DNA from: Candidatus Nomurabacteria bacterium
GTDB taxonomy: Bacteria > Patescibacteriota > Minisyncoccia > Phycocordibacterales > UBA9973
NCBI GenBank assembly: GCA_023898605.1
Contig: CP060230.1
Span: 387,697 to 451,696, forward strand
Length of the DNA: 64,000 bases
Direction of reading: 5' to 3'
The notes beneath the pieces are model-generated. The model worked only from the letters and a program-made list of their open reading frames with translations, did no database searches and was not told the DNA's origin. The translations under genes and the position numbers were made by a program. Position 1 is the stretch's first letter; each line of letters opens with the position of its first letter. Below, piece after piece: positions 38,760 through 48,910 of this stretch.

Positions 38760-40196
38760 TTAAACCCTCAAAAATAGGGGTTTTTCTGGCTTTTGGTTTA
38801 ACTTTATCTGTTCTTTTAAATATTTGCTTGTTTCTGGTAGAAGTGGCTCCAACATTTCTGAAACCACATATAGATCAACAACGATTTCAGATATAATTTG
38901 TTTCCCTTTATCAAGATCAACCTTTACGACTTTGAACGGTTCATCTTTTTGTATCCTTTCATCTAGTTCTTGTATTTTTTTCCAAACAAAATCACTTGCT
39001 TTTTGTATCTCATATTTCTCTAAATGATCGAAAAATTCTTGTGGTAAGTTGTTTTCGGTTATTTCGGGGCAAGTTTCTAGATATTTCTCAGAAAGTGTAA
39101 GTATCCTAGAAGCAAGATTTCCTAATCCATTTGCAAGACCAGCATTGTAAGCGTCTTTGAATCTCTCTATGGTAAATGGAGAATCTTCGAAACTAGATAC
39201 TTCTTTTATCAAGAAATATCGAAGTGCGTCAGTGCTATATTCTTCTGCTATCTTTTTAGGGTCGACAGTGTTTCCTAGTGATTTACTCATTTTTACTCCA
39301 CCATCTCCCGTTATGTGTCCGTTTACTACTATCCTTTTAGAGTTTGGTAAATCTGCCGCCATAAGCATCGCTTGCCACATAGCACCCTGAAAACGAGTAT
39401 TGTCCTTACCGCAGTATTGAGTTGGGGTTCCGTTTACCCAATACTTTTCAAACTTTTCTGTGTCGTCCGGAAAACCAACGTTGGCAATATAGTTTGTGAG
39501 TGCATCGAACCACACATACATCACATGATTTTCGTCACCTGGGACTTCTATACCCCAAGGCATCTTTTCTTTTAGTCTAGAAATAGAAAAATCTTGTAGT
39601 CCCCTTTCGACAAATGCTTTTACTTCGTTGAATCTAAATTCTGGAATTATAAAATCTGGATTTTGCTTGTAAAAATCTAGAAGTTTAGAAGAAAACTCGC
39701 TATATTTGAAAAAATAATTTTCTTCGTCAATAAACTCTATTTCTAGATTTGGGTGTTCTGTACACTTACCATCAGAAAGCTCCGAATCTGTTTTCTCGCT
39801 TTCACAACCACTGCAGTATTTTGTTTGATAATTTTTTTTGTATATAAAACCGTTACTATTTACTCTTTTCCAGAACTCTTGAGCAGCTTTTGTGTGATGT
39901 GGATCTGATGTTCTTATGAAATTTATATCGTCAGAAACTCCAAAGAGTTTTACAGATTCATAAAACTTTTCTACGTTTTCATTTACAAAATCTTGAACAT
40001 CCTTGCCTTCTTCTTTTGCTTTTTTCCAAATCTTGCTCCCGTGTTCGTCTGTTCCAGAATTGAAAAATACATCAAAACCAGTAAGTTTCTTGTATCTTGC
40101 TATAACATCGGCTCTTACAAATTCTAGAGCATGCCCCATATGAAGCTCTGCATTAACATAAGGTAATGTGGTTGTAATATAAAAAGGTTTTTTCAT
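38760..40196 (-). CDS. metG: methionine--tRNA ligase (short form, no C-terminal tRNA-binding domain)
   Basis: PYVNAELHMGH (HIGH), FNSGTDEHG, a CxxC...C zinc knuckle and KMSKS. Confidence 0.85.
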   Translation of the reverse strand: MKKPFYITTTLPYVNAELHMGHALEFVRADVIARYKKLTGFDVFFNSGTDEHGSKIWKKAKEEGKDVQDFVNENVEKFYESVKLFGVSDDINFIRTSDPHHTKAAQEFWKRVNSNGFIYKKNYQTKYCSGCESEKTDSELSDGKCTEHPNLEIEFIDEENYFFKYSEFSSKLLDFYKQNPDFIIPEFRFNEVKAFVERGLQDFSISRLKEKMPWGIEVPGDENHVMYVWFDALTNYIANVGFPDDTEKFEKYWVNGTPTQYCGKDNTRFQGAMWQAMLMAADLPNSKRIVVNGHITGDGGVKMSKSLGNTVDPKKIAEEYSTDALRYFLIKEVSSFEDSPFTIERFKDAYNAGLANGLGNLASRILTLSEKYLETCPEITENNLPQEFFDHLEKYEIQKASDFVWKKIQELDERIQKDEPFKVVKVDLDKGKQIISEIVVDLYVVSEMLEPLLPETSKYLKEQIKLNQKPEKPLFLRV

Positions 40197-40296
40197 AAAA
40201 ATAAACTAATAAATATCGGGTGTATTTATACTTGTCCCGTAAAAATACGAGTCAAAAAGACGAGTATTTGGTTCGGGATAAAAAGGTTTTTTTCTG

Positions 40297-41364
40297 TCAT
40301 ACTGTAGACTTCTTTCTTTCGCTTTTTTCTTTCTCTATATCAGAAAGATACTCAAAGACGAACACCGCAGCTGGTATGGCTAGGATTATACCCCAGAAAC
40401 CAGCCAATTTCGCCCCAATGATAAGTGATAGTATCACAACAAGAGGAGAAATTCCTATAACCCTTTTTACGATTAGCGGCTGGAGAAGATAGTTCTCGAA
40501 CTGCTGGATTATAAAGTAGAAAAGTAAAACTATAGCAGAAAGAGATATTCCGCCGTCAACATAAGCAAAGAATATAGCAGGCGCTGCAGCGAGTATCATT
40601 CCAAAAGGAATGAGTTCAGAAAGTGCTGTTATGATAGCGATCAAAAGCGCGTACTCTACTCCGATAATAGTAAGACCCAGATAAACAAGCATACCCACAA
40701 TAACACCGAGAAGCATTTGTCCTTGAACCCATAGGCCTATCTTTCTTTCTGTTCTTTTCCAAAGAGAAACTATGTATGCTTCGTGCTTGTCTGGTGCGAT
40801 AACTCTCAAGAAACTTTCGATACCGTTCTCATGCATAGAAAGGTAGAAAGATATAATAACAATAAGAACAAAGTTGAATATTCCTCCAAATACAGCACTT
40901 GTTGTCTGGAACAGACCACTTGAGAAGTTCCCTGCGAAGTTTTGGGCAGAACCTATAACATCTCCAAGAGAAGCGTTGTTTGAGATAGACGAAACGATAT
41001 CTTTTGCGCCACTTATAGTTCCTGTATTGAAATTACCCAAGAAACTAGATGACGGCAAATACTCTCTTATAAAAGAGCTAAATGAAGTAAGTTCCCCTAT
41101 AAGAACTGGTACAAAAACATAAAATACTCCCAATATAAAGAGGAATGAAACAAGATAAATAAAGACGACTGAAAAAGTTCTCTTTATTCCGACTTTGGCA
41201 AAGCTTTTGGATGCTGATTCTATGAAAGATGCGATAACTATAGATGTGAGGAGTACTAAAATTACGTCTCGTATCATATAAAGTCCAACAAAAAGTGCTG
41301 CAACTAGAAAAAATCTGACTATTGTACTCGAGCTTAAGTTTATAGGGCCACTAGAGCTTTTCAT
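40297..41364 (-). CDS. AI-2E family transporter (PerM/UPF0118)
   Basis: 355 aa, 8 TM helices, typical AI-2E topology. Confidence 0.55.
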   Translation of the reverse strand: MKSSSGPINLSSSTIVRFFLVAALFVGLYMIRDVILVLLTSIVIASFIESASKSFAKVGIKRTFSVVFIYLVSFLFILGVFYVFVPVLIGELTSFSSFIREYLPSSSFLGNFNTGTISGAKDIVSSISNNASLGDVIGSAQNFAGNFSSGLFQTTSAVFGGIFNFVLIVIISFYLSMHENGIESFLRVIAPDKHEAYIVSLWKRTERKIGLWVQGQMLLGVIVGMLVYLGLTIIGVEYALLIAIITALSELIPFGMILAAAPAIFFAYVDGGISLSAIVLLFYFIIQQFENYLLQPLIVKRVIGISPLVVILSLIIGAKLAGFWGIILAIPAAVFVFEYLSDIEKEKSERKKSTV

Positions 41365-41402
41365 ACTATAAACTTTATCATGATCGCCTTCTAAAAGCGA
41401 GA

Positions 41403-42689
41403 TTATTTTTCGTGTCTAAAGAAAAGTTCTTTTGAAAAGTCTTTCTTGTCTTTCCAAGGACCAACAACAGAAAGGTTTAGATTTTTCTTTTTGAATATTT
41501 GTTTTGCCAAAGTAACAACGTCTTTGATTTCTACTTTTTCTATTTCTTTCTTTATTTCTGCGGGGGTCTTAAAACCACTTTTCGAAAGTATTTGTTGTTC
41601 TCCTATAAACATAGCGACGTCGTCTGAAGACTCAAGTCCCATAGAAAGATTCCCTGCCACATAAGCTTTTGCTTTTTTCAATTCTTTCTCATCTATATCA
41701 CCTTCTGCCAATCTAGAACACTCATCCAAACAAACCCTGACAACATTTTTTACCCTTTTGTTATCAGATCCAGAAGAAATAGCTAGAAACCCTCTATCTG
41801 TCATTATGTCAGTACCGGCTTTGACGTAATAGCAAACACCCATTTCTTCTCTCAATTTTTGGAAAAGTCTAGAAGACATGCCACCACCGAGTACAGCTCT
41901 CAAAACTTCGAGTGTTGGGTTTTTCTTGTTTTCGTATTCAAATGTTCTGACACCTAAAACAAAATGTGTTTGATCTGTCTTTTTTTCTTTTATAGACAAA
42001 GTTGGGGAAGTTTGAGTATCTTTTATAATAGGTTTATTTCTTTTTGTTTTTTTAGTTGGGATTTTTTCAAAAAGATTTTTTATATCAGAGAAAACTTGAT
42101 CCTTGTCGAAATTACCAGCGACAATAATAGAAGTATTTTCTGGTAAATAATTTGCTTCTTTATATTTCAAGAAATCTTCTCTTTTGAACTTTTTGATATT
42201 TTCTTTTGGACCAAGTATAGACCAGCCGAGAGAAGTATCGCCATAAAGAACTTCGTAGAACATCCTTATCGCAACTTGTTGTGGCATATCTTCGTACATA
42301 TTTATCTCTTCCAGGATCACACCTTTTTCTTTTTCTATTTCTTTTTCTGGAAGAGTTGGGTTTAGATAAATATCAGAAACAACGTCTAAGATCTTCTTGC
42401 TGTATTTTTTGTCAGACTTTGCATAGTAACCAGTGTATTCGTGTGAGGTAAAAGCATTTGATTGCGCTCCTATTCCGTCCAGTTCAGAAGATATATCGTG
42501 TGCAGAGAGTCTCTTCTCTGTCCCCTTGAAACACATATGTTCCAAAAAGTGAGAAATACCACTATTTTGTTTTGTTTCGTTCCTTGAACCTGTTTTGACC
42601 AAAACAACAAAAGTGACAGTAGGATTATCTAACATGGGAGAAAGTACCACCTCTACACCATTTTTTAGCTTCTTTTTGATTATTTTCAT
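41403..42689 (-). CDS. M16-family zinc metallopeptidase (pitrilysin/insulinase-like)
   Basis: HFLEHMCFKGT inverted zinc-binding motif HxxEH. Confidence 0.8.
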   Translation of the reverse strand: MKIIKKKLKNGVEVVLSPMLDNPTVTFVVLVKTGSRNETKQNSGISHFLEHMCFKGTEKRLSAHDISSELDGIGAQSNAFTSHEYTGYYAKSDKKYSKKILDVVSDIYLNPTLPEKEIEKEKGVILEEINMYEDMPQQVAIRMFYEVLYGDTSLGWSILGPKENIKKFKREDFLKYKEANYLPENTSIIVAGNFDKDQVFSDIKNLFEKIPTKKTKRNKPIIKDTQTSPTLSIKEKKTDQTHFVLGVRTFEYENKKNPTLEVLRAVLGGGMSSRLFQKLREEMGVCYYVKAGTDIMTDRGFLAISSGSDNKRVKNVVRVCLDECSRLAEGDIDEKELKKAKAYVAGNLSMGLESSDDVAMFIGEQQILSKSGFKTPAEIKKEIEKVEIKDVVTLAKQIFKKKNLNLSVVGPWKDKKDFSKELFFRHEK

Positions 42690-42790
42690 GATGATAACTA
42701 TACACACTAAACTATAGTTAATCAACTTAAATAATGTTTGACAAAAATATAAATTAGGTAGATAAATAGATATAATAAAACCCTAGCACA

Positions 42791-43423
42791 TTGAAAAACA
42801 TAATATTATCTGTGTTTTTGCTGACAGGTTTGGCACAAGCACAAAACTCTTCCACTTTCGTTATTTGGGGAGACGCAGGTATAACCGAATATGCTTCCAA
42901 CAGACTTGGTATAAAAACCTATGTCGGAAATGGCGTCTTCTCTCCCGAAATATCCGTTTCTGTTTCAGAAAGAGGATATATAGGAAGTGGTGGCGGAAGC
43001 TTGAAATGGAAAAATGCAGGAGTCAGGATTGATCTACTCTGCGGCGCTGCCAAATACTGGAATAAACCTTTTTTTGAAACAGGTCAAGACAACCGTACAT
43101 ATTTGTACATAAACGGCTTGCTTGATTTTTCAAGCGATGAATATCGAGTAAAATTTGAAGGTTGGAACGAGGGAGACGTCATCTCTTATGACCTATATGC
43201 CTACATGTCACTTGATAAAGATTTATTTGTGGGGTGGCATGCAAATTCATACATGGGAATGGGTCCTGGATTTTTCTTGATAATAAGATCGAGAAAAAAC
43301 CAAAACCTTGTAACCTTTCTGAGAGTTACATTTATGGTGAATTATCTTTTTCCAGAACTTGCACGACCTGGGGGTGGAGCAATGTTTGGATCAGATTTTA
43401 TTTGGGGGCCGAGACTACTATAG
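42791..43423 (+). CDS. secreted hypothetical protein
   Basis: signal peptide MKNIILSVFLLTGLAQAQ; beta-rich; no motif. Confidence 0.4.
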   Translation: MKNIILSVFLLTGLAQAQNSSTFVIWGDAGITEYASNRLGIKTYVGNGVFSPEISVSVSERGYIGSGGGSLKWKNAGVRIDLLCGAAKYWNKPFFETGQDNRTYLYINGLLDFSSDEYRVKFEGWNEGDVISYDLYAYMSLDKDLFVGWHANSYMGMGPGFFLIIRSRKNQNLVTFLRVTFMVNYLFPELARPGGGAMFGSDFIWGPRLL

Positions 43424-43433
43424 TCTCGGTTTT

Positions 43434-44837
43434 TTATTTTATTTTTGAGTTTATAGTTTCTTCTAGATCTTCTATCTTTACTCTTTCTTGCTCACCAGTA
43501 TCTCTATCGCGAAGAGTAACTGAACCATCTTCTAGAGATTCAAAGTCTATTGTTATACAAAACGGTGTTCCGATTTCATCTTGTCTTCTGTATCTTTTTC
43601 CTATGTTTCCATTATCGTCCCAAACAACCCTACCAAACGCGTCTTTCATATTTCTGAAAACTTCTCTTGCCTTCATAACCAACTCTTCTTTGTTCTTCAA
43701 AAGAGGCGAAACCGCGCAAACATAAGGTGAAACTTTTGGAGAAAGAGCTAAATACACTCTTTTCTCATCATTCATCTCATCTTCTCTGTATGCAGAAAGA
43801 AGTATCGCAAGGACAGTTCTATCCAAACCAAAGCTTGGCTCTATAACATGAGGAGTAAATACATCTGAAGACTCACCACTTTGATCTACATACTGCAATT
43901 TTTGTCCGCTAGATTCAGCATGTTTAGATAAATCATAGCCTCCCCTATATGCGAGACCATAAAGCTCTTTTTTACCAAATGGATATTCAAATTCGAAGTC
44001 TATTGTTCTAGATGAGTAGTGCGCTCTATCTTGTTCTCCTATTTCTTCGTCATGAATTTTTTTCATATCGAGACCTATGTCTTCCATCCATTCTGTCATC
44101 TCGTCTTTCCAATACTCAAAGTATCTTTCCCAATCTCCCGGTTTTACAAAATACTCTATCTCCATTTGTTCTAACTCTCTTAGTCTAAATATAAAATCTC
44201 TAGGAGTTATCTCGTTTCTAAACGCCTTACCTATCTGAGCTATACCAAAAGGCATTTTTGGATTCATGGAGTCCACAACGTTTTTGAAGTTTACAAATAT
44301 TCCCTGAGCAGTTTCTGGTCTCAAGTATGTTGTCGCTGCACTATCATCTACGGCACCAACTTTTGTAGAAAACATCATATTAAATAATGATGGCTCATCC
44401 ATATTACCTACAATTAAAGCTCCACACTTAGGGCAAGTTGCATCTGGATCTATTTTAAAATTAATTCCAGAAACAGAAACTCCATCTAATGTATCAAATC
44501 TAAATCTAGATTTACATTTTTTACACTCAACAAGTGGGTCAGAAAAATGATCTACGTGCCCTGTCGCCTGCCAAACTTTTTGATTCATTAAAATTGCTGC
44601 ATCTAGTAGATACATGTCGTCTCTCCCGTGTACAAACTTATCAAGCCAAGAATTCTTGATGTTGTTTTTTAGAAGTGTTCCAAGTGGACCATAATCATAA
44701 GTACCGGAAAGTCCCCCGTAAATTTCTGAACCTTGAAATACAAATCCACGCCTTTTGCAAAGTGAGACGATTTCTTCCATCCCGAAAGAAATATTAATAT
44801 TTTTATTTTTTTCTTCTTTATTATTCATTTTAATCAA
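43434..44837 (-). CDS. glyQS: glycine--tRNA ligase (alpha2 dimeric class II type)
   Basis: FQGSEIYGGLSGTYDYGPLG, class II motifs and a CKKCKSRFR zinc knuckle; the track start is TTG at 44837 and an ATG sits at 44828. Confidence 0.85.
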   Translation of the reverse strand: MIKMNNKEEKNKNINISFGMEEIVSLCKRRGFVFQGSEIYGGLSGTYDYGPLGTLLKNNIKNSWLDKFVHGRDDMYLLDAAILMNQKVWQATGHVDHFSDPLVECKKCKSRFRFDTLDGVSVSGINFKIDPDATCPKCGALIVGNMDEPSLFNMMFSTKVGAVDDSAATTYLRPETAQGIFVNFKNVVDSMNPKMPFGIAQIGKAFRNEITPRDFIFRLRELEQMEIEYFVKPGDWERYFEYWKDEMTEWMEDIGLDMKKIHDEEIGEQDRAHYSSRTIDFEFEYPFGKKELYGLAYRGGYDLSKHAESSGQKLQYVDQSGESSDVFTPHVIEPSFGLDRTVLAILLSAYREDEMNDEKRVYLALSPKVSPYVCAVSPLLKNKEELVMKAREVFRNMKDAFGRVVWDDNGNIGKRYRRQDEIGTPFCITIDFESLEDGSVTLRDRDTGEQERVKIEDLEETINSKIK

Positions 44838-44916
44838 TTCAATCTAATTTAAGATATTTTACAGAAACTATATTTCGTACGTGATAAATTTTTTTGTTAT
44901 CTTTTTCTTTTTTCAT

Positions 44917-45054
44917 CCCGAACGAAATCGGACGCGGACACATCATGTCATTTGCCCAATTTTTAAATTTAACTTTTCTTGTAATACAATTTTATCAATT
45001 TATAAGCCCCTTGTCGTCCGCTCCCGCCCGTGGTCGGGCAGGATTTCGTACGGG
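44917..45054 (-). promoter_or_regulatory. GC-rich structured RNA element in the glyQS upstream region (function unknown)
   Basis: 12/13-bp long-range helix cccgaacgaaatc (44917-29) with gatttcgtacggg (45042-54); internal GC hairpin gcccg-tggt-cgggc (45026-39); a third copy of the helix arm at 44872-81. Confidence 0.35.
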
Positions 45055-45062
45055 ACCAATAA

Positions 45063-46970
45063 TTATTCTGTAACGTTGCCGGAGCCACTTCCATAGAGAC
45101 TATCAGAGACGAGCTTTGTTGTCACCTCTGGCCATGTCTTAGAAATACTTGCTCCAGAATATGTATCGTATCCGCTATAAGACGTTTTGTCTGTAAGATA
45201 TATAAACGAACCAACCTGAGAAGAAGATGGGATTACGCTGACTTTGAAATATCCGTCTTTTGAAGTTCCTCCAAATCCTGTGTTTGGCTGTACGTCGCCT
45301 ATGTTCCAAACAACTTCTCTGTTTGCTTCGTTATATGTTATGTCTTCCCCGTTTGGATAAACCACTCCTTCCCAAGTTACGTTTGATGGTAAGAATGTTC
45401 TTGCCACAGCACTCTCGAGAGGATTAGATGAGTTTGAAACTGACCACCTAACTGTATATGTAGTCTGTTCTCCAACAACAGGTGGAACAGGACCCTGATT
45501 TGATATAGGACTATCTGTATATAGCGATGTTCCAGAAACTTGAAATTCTGAAGTTAGCTTGAAAACAACAGACGAAACTGAATCTATAGTTTGGCCAGAT
45601 TCTCCGATAGAAAGTTGGTTTCCTTTGACCGAAGTGTTTAGGGTTATTTGTGGATCTTCTAGAGCAGTCTGAGAAAGAGGAATACTCTTGAGTGAGAAAG
45701 TTGTACTTCCAGATTCCCCTGGTTCCAAAAATCCAAGTTCAGAAAGTGTGTCTTTGGACCAAGTTATAGAGTTTGTGTTTGAGTTATAAAAACCACTATT
45801 TGCTTTGATAGATGTTTTGTCTAGAGCATTTCCACCAAGAGACACAGTTATAGATGCATCTGTCACGGCAACTGGAGAATTGTTTGTCCATTTTAGTTGC
45901 AAGAACAGAGTTTCGTTTGGAGAAACGGTGTATGTGTCTTTTTCTTGACCCCCATAGATTATAGAAGCATCGACAAAAGGATTTACAAGGTCAACTGCAT
46001 ACAAGAAAGAACTATAAGAAACTGCTATTTCTGTATCGTTTCGAGGGTCTTGTTCTCCTGCGTATATCCTGAAACCCCTACTTTCACTTTCTGATCCTTC
46101 TATCTTTCCAGTTATCGATATCTTCTTTTCAGTTCCGGGTGGTATGTCTCCTAGAAGAAAAACATTGTTTCTGAAATTGGCTTCTGGAGTAGATTCTTCT
46201 AGAGAAAATCCAAACGGATACTCAACTACAACCATAGCGTTTTTCAAAACTTCTTCTGATTCTGATTTTAGTATGACGTCAAAAATAAACTTTTCTCCAG
46301 AAACAACATTTTCTGGGCCAGTTGCGACAAGATCTATTGGCGCCGAGTTTATGATAACTGGAAAAACTGCTTCTTTTACAAAAACAGCGTTTGAATCGGC
46401 CAATCTATATTCTAGTGTTGCGGTTATATTTCTAGCTGAACCTATTTCTCCAAACAAGACAACTTCTTTGTCTATAGAAACACTTTGACCGCTCTTTATG
46501 TCACCAAGTGTCTCTCTTTCTCTTACAAGATCTCCAGAGTCTACAGAGCCTTTTGGATAAGAAAGGATTAGATCAACGAGTTCTAGTGGTGTTGGGTTTC
46601 GATTTATAACTTCTATTGTTATTGGTAGAGTCTCTCCCCCGTTTGTATAAGTAGAACCTGTTATGTTTATCTCTACTTTTTCATTTGAAACAGCTGCATT
46701 GCCAAAGAAAAATGTATATATAAATATAAGTATTGCTACAACCAGAAAGCCAGCTGCAACAAAAAATATCTTTTTGAAGATGTTGGAAGTTTTTCCTACA
46801 GGGTGAGCTTCGTCGGCTTCTTTCTTCACTTCTTCCCATACACGTGGAGCGTGCTTTTTTATAGGAGCTAGAGTTGATCTAGAGACCCTTTTAGCAGAAT
46901 CCTTGAGGCTATAAAGCCTCTCAGAAAGAGCATCGATCTTACTGTTGTTTCGATTGTCTTGTGGTTCCAT
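45063..46970 (-). CDS. membrane-anchored, predominantly extracellular beta-rich hypothetical protein
   Basis: 635 aa with one N-terminal TM helix and a long Ser/Thr/Asn-rich beta-type region. Confidence 0.4.
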   Translation of the reverse strand: MEPQDNRNNSKIDALSERLYSLKDSAKRVSRSTLAPIKKHAPRVWEEVKKEADEAHPVGKTSNIFKKIFFVAAGFLVVAILIFIYTFFFGNAAVSNEKVEINITGSTYTNGGETLPITIEVINRNPTPLELVDLILSYPKGSVDSGDLVRERETLGDIKSGQSVSIDKEVVLFGEIGSARNITATLEYRLADSNAVFVKEAVFPVIINSAPIDLVATGPENVVSGEKFIFDVILKSESEEVLKNAMVVVEYPFGFSLEESTPEANFRNNVFLLGDIPPGTEKKISITGKIEGSESESRGFRIYAGEQDPRNDTEIAVSYSSFLYAVDLVNPFVDASIIYGGQEKDTYTVSPNETLFLQLKWTNNSPVAVTDASITVSLGGNALDKTSIKANSGFYNSNTNSITWSKDTLSELGFLEPGESGSTTFSLKSIPLSQTALEDPQITLNTSVKGNQLSIGESGQTIDSVSSVVFKLTSEFQVSGTSLYTDSPISNQGPVPPVVGEQTTYTVRWSVSNSSNPLESAVARTFLPSNVTWEGVVYPNGEDITYNEANREVVWNIGDVQPNTGFGGTSKDGYFKVSVIPSSSQVGSFIYLTDKTSYSGYDTYSGASISKTWPEVTTKLVSDSLYGSGSGNVTE

Positions 46971-46993
46971 TGTGAGAATTATTATACCACAGT

Positions 46994-47569
46994 TTATAGC
47001 TGTGTTTCTTTGAGGATTTGGTTTATTTTACCGACAAGTTCTGGTCTATTTTTTGTGACATAGTCTAGAGATTCTGATACGTATGGCTTTATAACAAAAC
47101 CAGAAGAAAGATCCCAGTAACCAAGTTGGCTAAGGAGATTAACAACAAAACAAATTTCAAAAGATTTTATTTTTTCTGAATCCATTTCTGTATCTCTAAA
47201 AAAAGTAAAAGAATCCAAAACATCTTCGAAAAGTGCTGTATTCTCTTCTTCTCCACGATATAGTCTATACAAAATGCCGAGAAGATTTGCGTAAACTATT
47301 CTCTTCTCTTTGTTTTTGAAAATCAGTCCAGTGTCAAAAAGTGTTGTTGCAGAAGTAAGTTGAAACATACTTTTTCCGTGAACCAGATTTATGTTTAGAA
47401 TAGAACCTATATCTAGGATATATCTTAGTTTAGAGGAAAGCTTTCTTATACCTATTGCTCGAGCAATCATAAAACCGTAGTCTTTGGTAAACAAATAAAC
47501 AAGCTTGTCAGACTCTTTGGTGTTTCTAGTCTTGAGAACAATCGCTTCAGTTTTATGAATGTGGTGCAT
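46994..47569 (-). CDS. recO: DNA repair protein RecO (short form)
   Basis: N-terminal OB-fold-like AIVLKTRNTKESDKLVYLFTKDYGFMIARAIG. Confidence 0.5.
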   Translation of the reverse strand: MHHIHKTEAIVLKTRNTKESDKLVYLFTKDYGFMIARAIGIRKLSSKLRYILDIGSILNINLVHGKSMFQLTSATTLFDTGLIFKNKEKRIVYANLLGILYRLYRGEEENTALFEDVLDSFTFFRDTEMDSEKIKSFEICFVVNLLSQLGYWDLSSGFVIKPYVSESLDYVTKNRPELVGKINQILKETQL

Positions 47570-47578
47570 TTTAGTGTT

Positions 47579-48037
47579 CTACCATTTGCCAATAATATTT
47601 CTTCTGCCCTCGACACACTCTTTTATTCTTCTCATTCCAGCAGGAGAAATATTTTCAGGTAAATTACTAATATCAAACCATTTAGCGTCTTCTAGCTCGT
47701 AGGTTTTTTTGAAACTTTTGTCTAAAACTTTGACTACAAAAATATATACTGTATCCTTTTTTCCCTCTTGTCTAGATAAAAACTCTCCTAATTTATACTC
47801 TACTTTTACAGATATACTTAATTCTTCTTTTATCTCTCTTGCAATACAATCTTCTGGTGTTTCATTTTTTTTTATGTGACCACCGGGCAATGACCAGTGT
47901 TTTGATGCTACATTTTTAACCAAAAGAATTTCTTTATCTTCAAATATAATTATTGCTCTAGACCCATATGTTTTTGGCTTGAAAATTTTCCAGTATATTC
48001 TAGCTATTTTAACCAAAAACCAGTAAACTTTTTTCAT
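47579..48037 (-). CDS. NUDIX hydrolase
   Basis: Nudix box GGHIKKNETPEDCIAREIKEELS. Confidence 0.75.
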   Translation of the reverse strand: MKKVYWFLVKIARIYWKIFKPKTYGSRAIIIFEDKEILLVKNVASKHWSLPGGHIKKNETPEDCIAREIKEELSISVKVEYKLGEFLSRQEGKKDTVYIFVVKVLDKSFKKTYELEDAKWFDISNLPENISPAGMRRIKECVEGRRNIIGKW

Positions 48038-48038
48038 A

Positions 48039-48581
48039 TTATTTCATCATTTTTAATAGTTCATCTAAAACTTCTGGAAATTTATTGAAACCTGCTTTTC
48101 CGCTTAGGTGTCCCCCATTTTCTATAACTATAAATTTGCAATTTAATTCTTCGGAAATTTTCTTACCATCTTCAAAAGGTATGTTTGGATCGTTACTACC
48201 ATGAAAAACGACAAACTTCTCTGAATTGTTTTTTATTTTTGAGAAATCTAGTGGTTCATTATAGAAAGTTCCTAAAGTCCCAGATTTTGGCTTACCAAAC
48301 CTTCCTGAAACCAATATTACTCCTCTTGCTCTCCCTCCTGCTTCTAAATATCTCAATACAGCTCTTGCACCCAAACTATGTCCAATAATATAATTTTCAT
48401 CCTTTGGATCGATGATTTTATTTAGTAAATCTACCCACTCTTTGCAAATAGGGTTATCATCTCCTGGCATCTGAGGATTTTCTACGGCTATATTTTTATT
48501 TTTTAATTCATCAACTAACCAGCCACGCCATGCATGATCTGGTGCTGACCCCAATCCATGTACAACAAAAACTTTTTTCAT
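48039..48581 (-). CDS. alpha/beta serine hydrolase (RBBP9/YdeN family)
   Basis: VVHGLGS followed by the GHSLGA nucleophile elbow; 180 aa. Confidence 0.6.
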   Translation of the reverse strand: MKKVFVVHGLGSAPDHAWRGWLVDELKNKNIAVENPQMPGDDNPICKEWVDLLNKIIDPKDENYIIGHSLGARAVLRYLEAGGRARGVILVSGRFGKPKSGTLGTFYNEPLDFSKIKNNSEKFVVFHGSNDPNIPFEDGKKISEELNCKFIVIENGGHLSGKAGFNKFPEVLDELLKMMK

Positions 48582-48910
48582 ATTAATTTGAATTCTATCA
48601 TTTTTACTTCAGTATTCTCATCGACTTTATCGCCATAGTGACCTTTTTGAATTCTATACATTTCATCAAAATCTTTATACTTTCCAGCTATTTCTTCTTT
48701 TGTCACTTCACCTAACTTTTTAAATTTTAATGAAGTTATTTTTGCTCTAGCAAAAACTTCATCTGTACTTTTGTTTATAAGCTCAAGCTCATCTCCTAGT
48801 TCCAAGTTTTTATCATCAAAAAGCCGCCAAGTACCTGTCTTTTTCCCAGCGAGAATTTTTTCTGATAGTTCACTTGTAAATTTAAGCGATTTCATTTTTA
48901 AATTCTTCAA
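48578..48910 (-). CDS. ASCH domain protein
   Basis: LKFTSELSEKILAGKKTGTWR resembles the ASCH N-terminal signature. Confidence 0.45.
   Translation of the reverse strand: MKNLKMKSLKFTSELSEKILAGKKTGTWRLFDDKNLELGDELELINKSTDEVFARAKITSLKFKKLGEVTKEEIAGKYKDFDEMYRIQKGHYGDKVDENTEVKMIEFKLI

Noticed and set aside
42791-43423. Outer-membrane beta-barrel protein
   Set aside because: There is only a signal peptide and beta-rich sequence, with no C-terminal aromatic beta-signal. The cell envelope type is unknown.
43234-43725. 163-aa plus-strand ORF
   Set aside because: It is antisense to, and embedded in, the well-supported glyQS gene. The same reasoning applies to the many other 60-150-aa antisense ORFs in the track, for example 53..256, 958..1173, 2755..3078, 4991..5287, 22095..22649 and 62884..63426.
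44838-45062. Possible T-box or glycine riboswitch upstream of glyQS
   Set aside because: No GGUGGNACC T-box core and no glycine-aptamer consensus could be found on either strand. I kept it only as an unclassified structured element.
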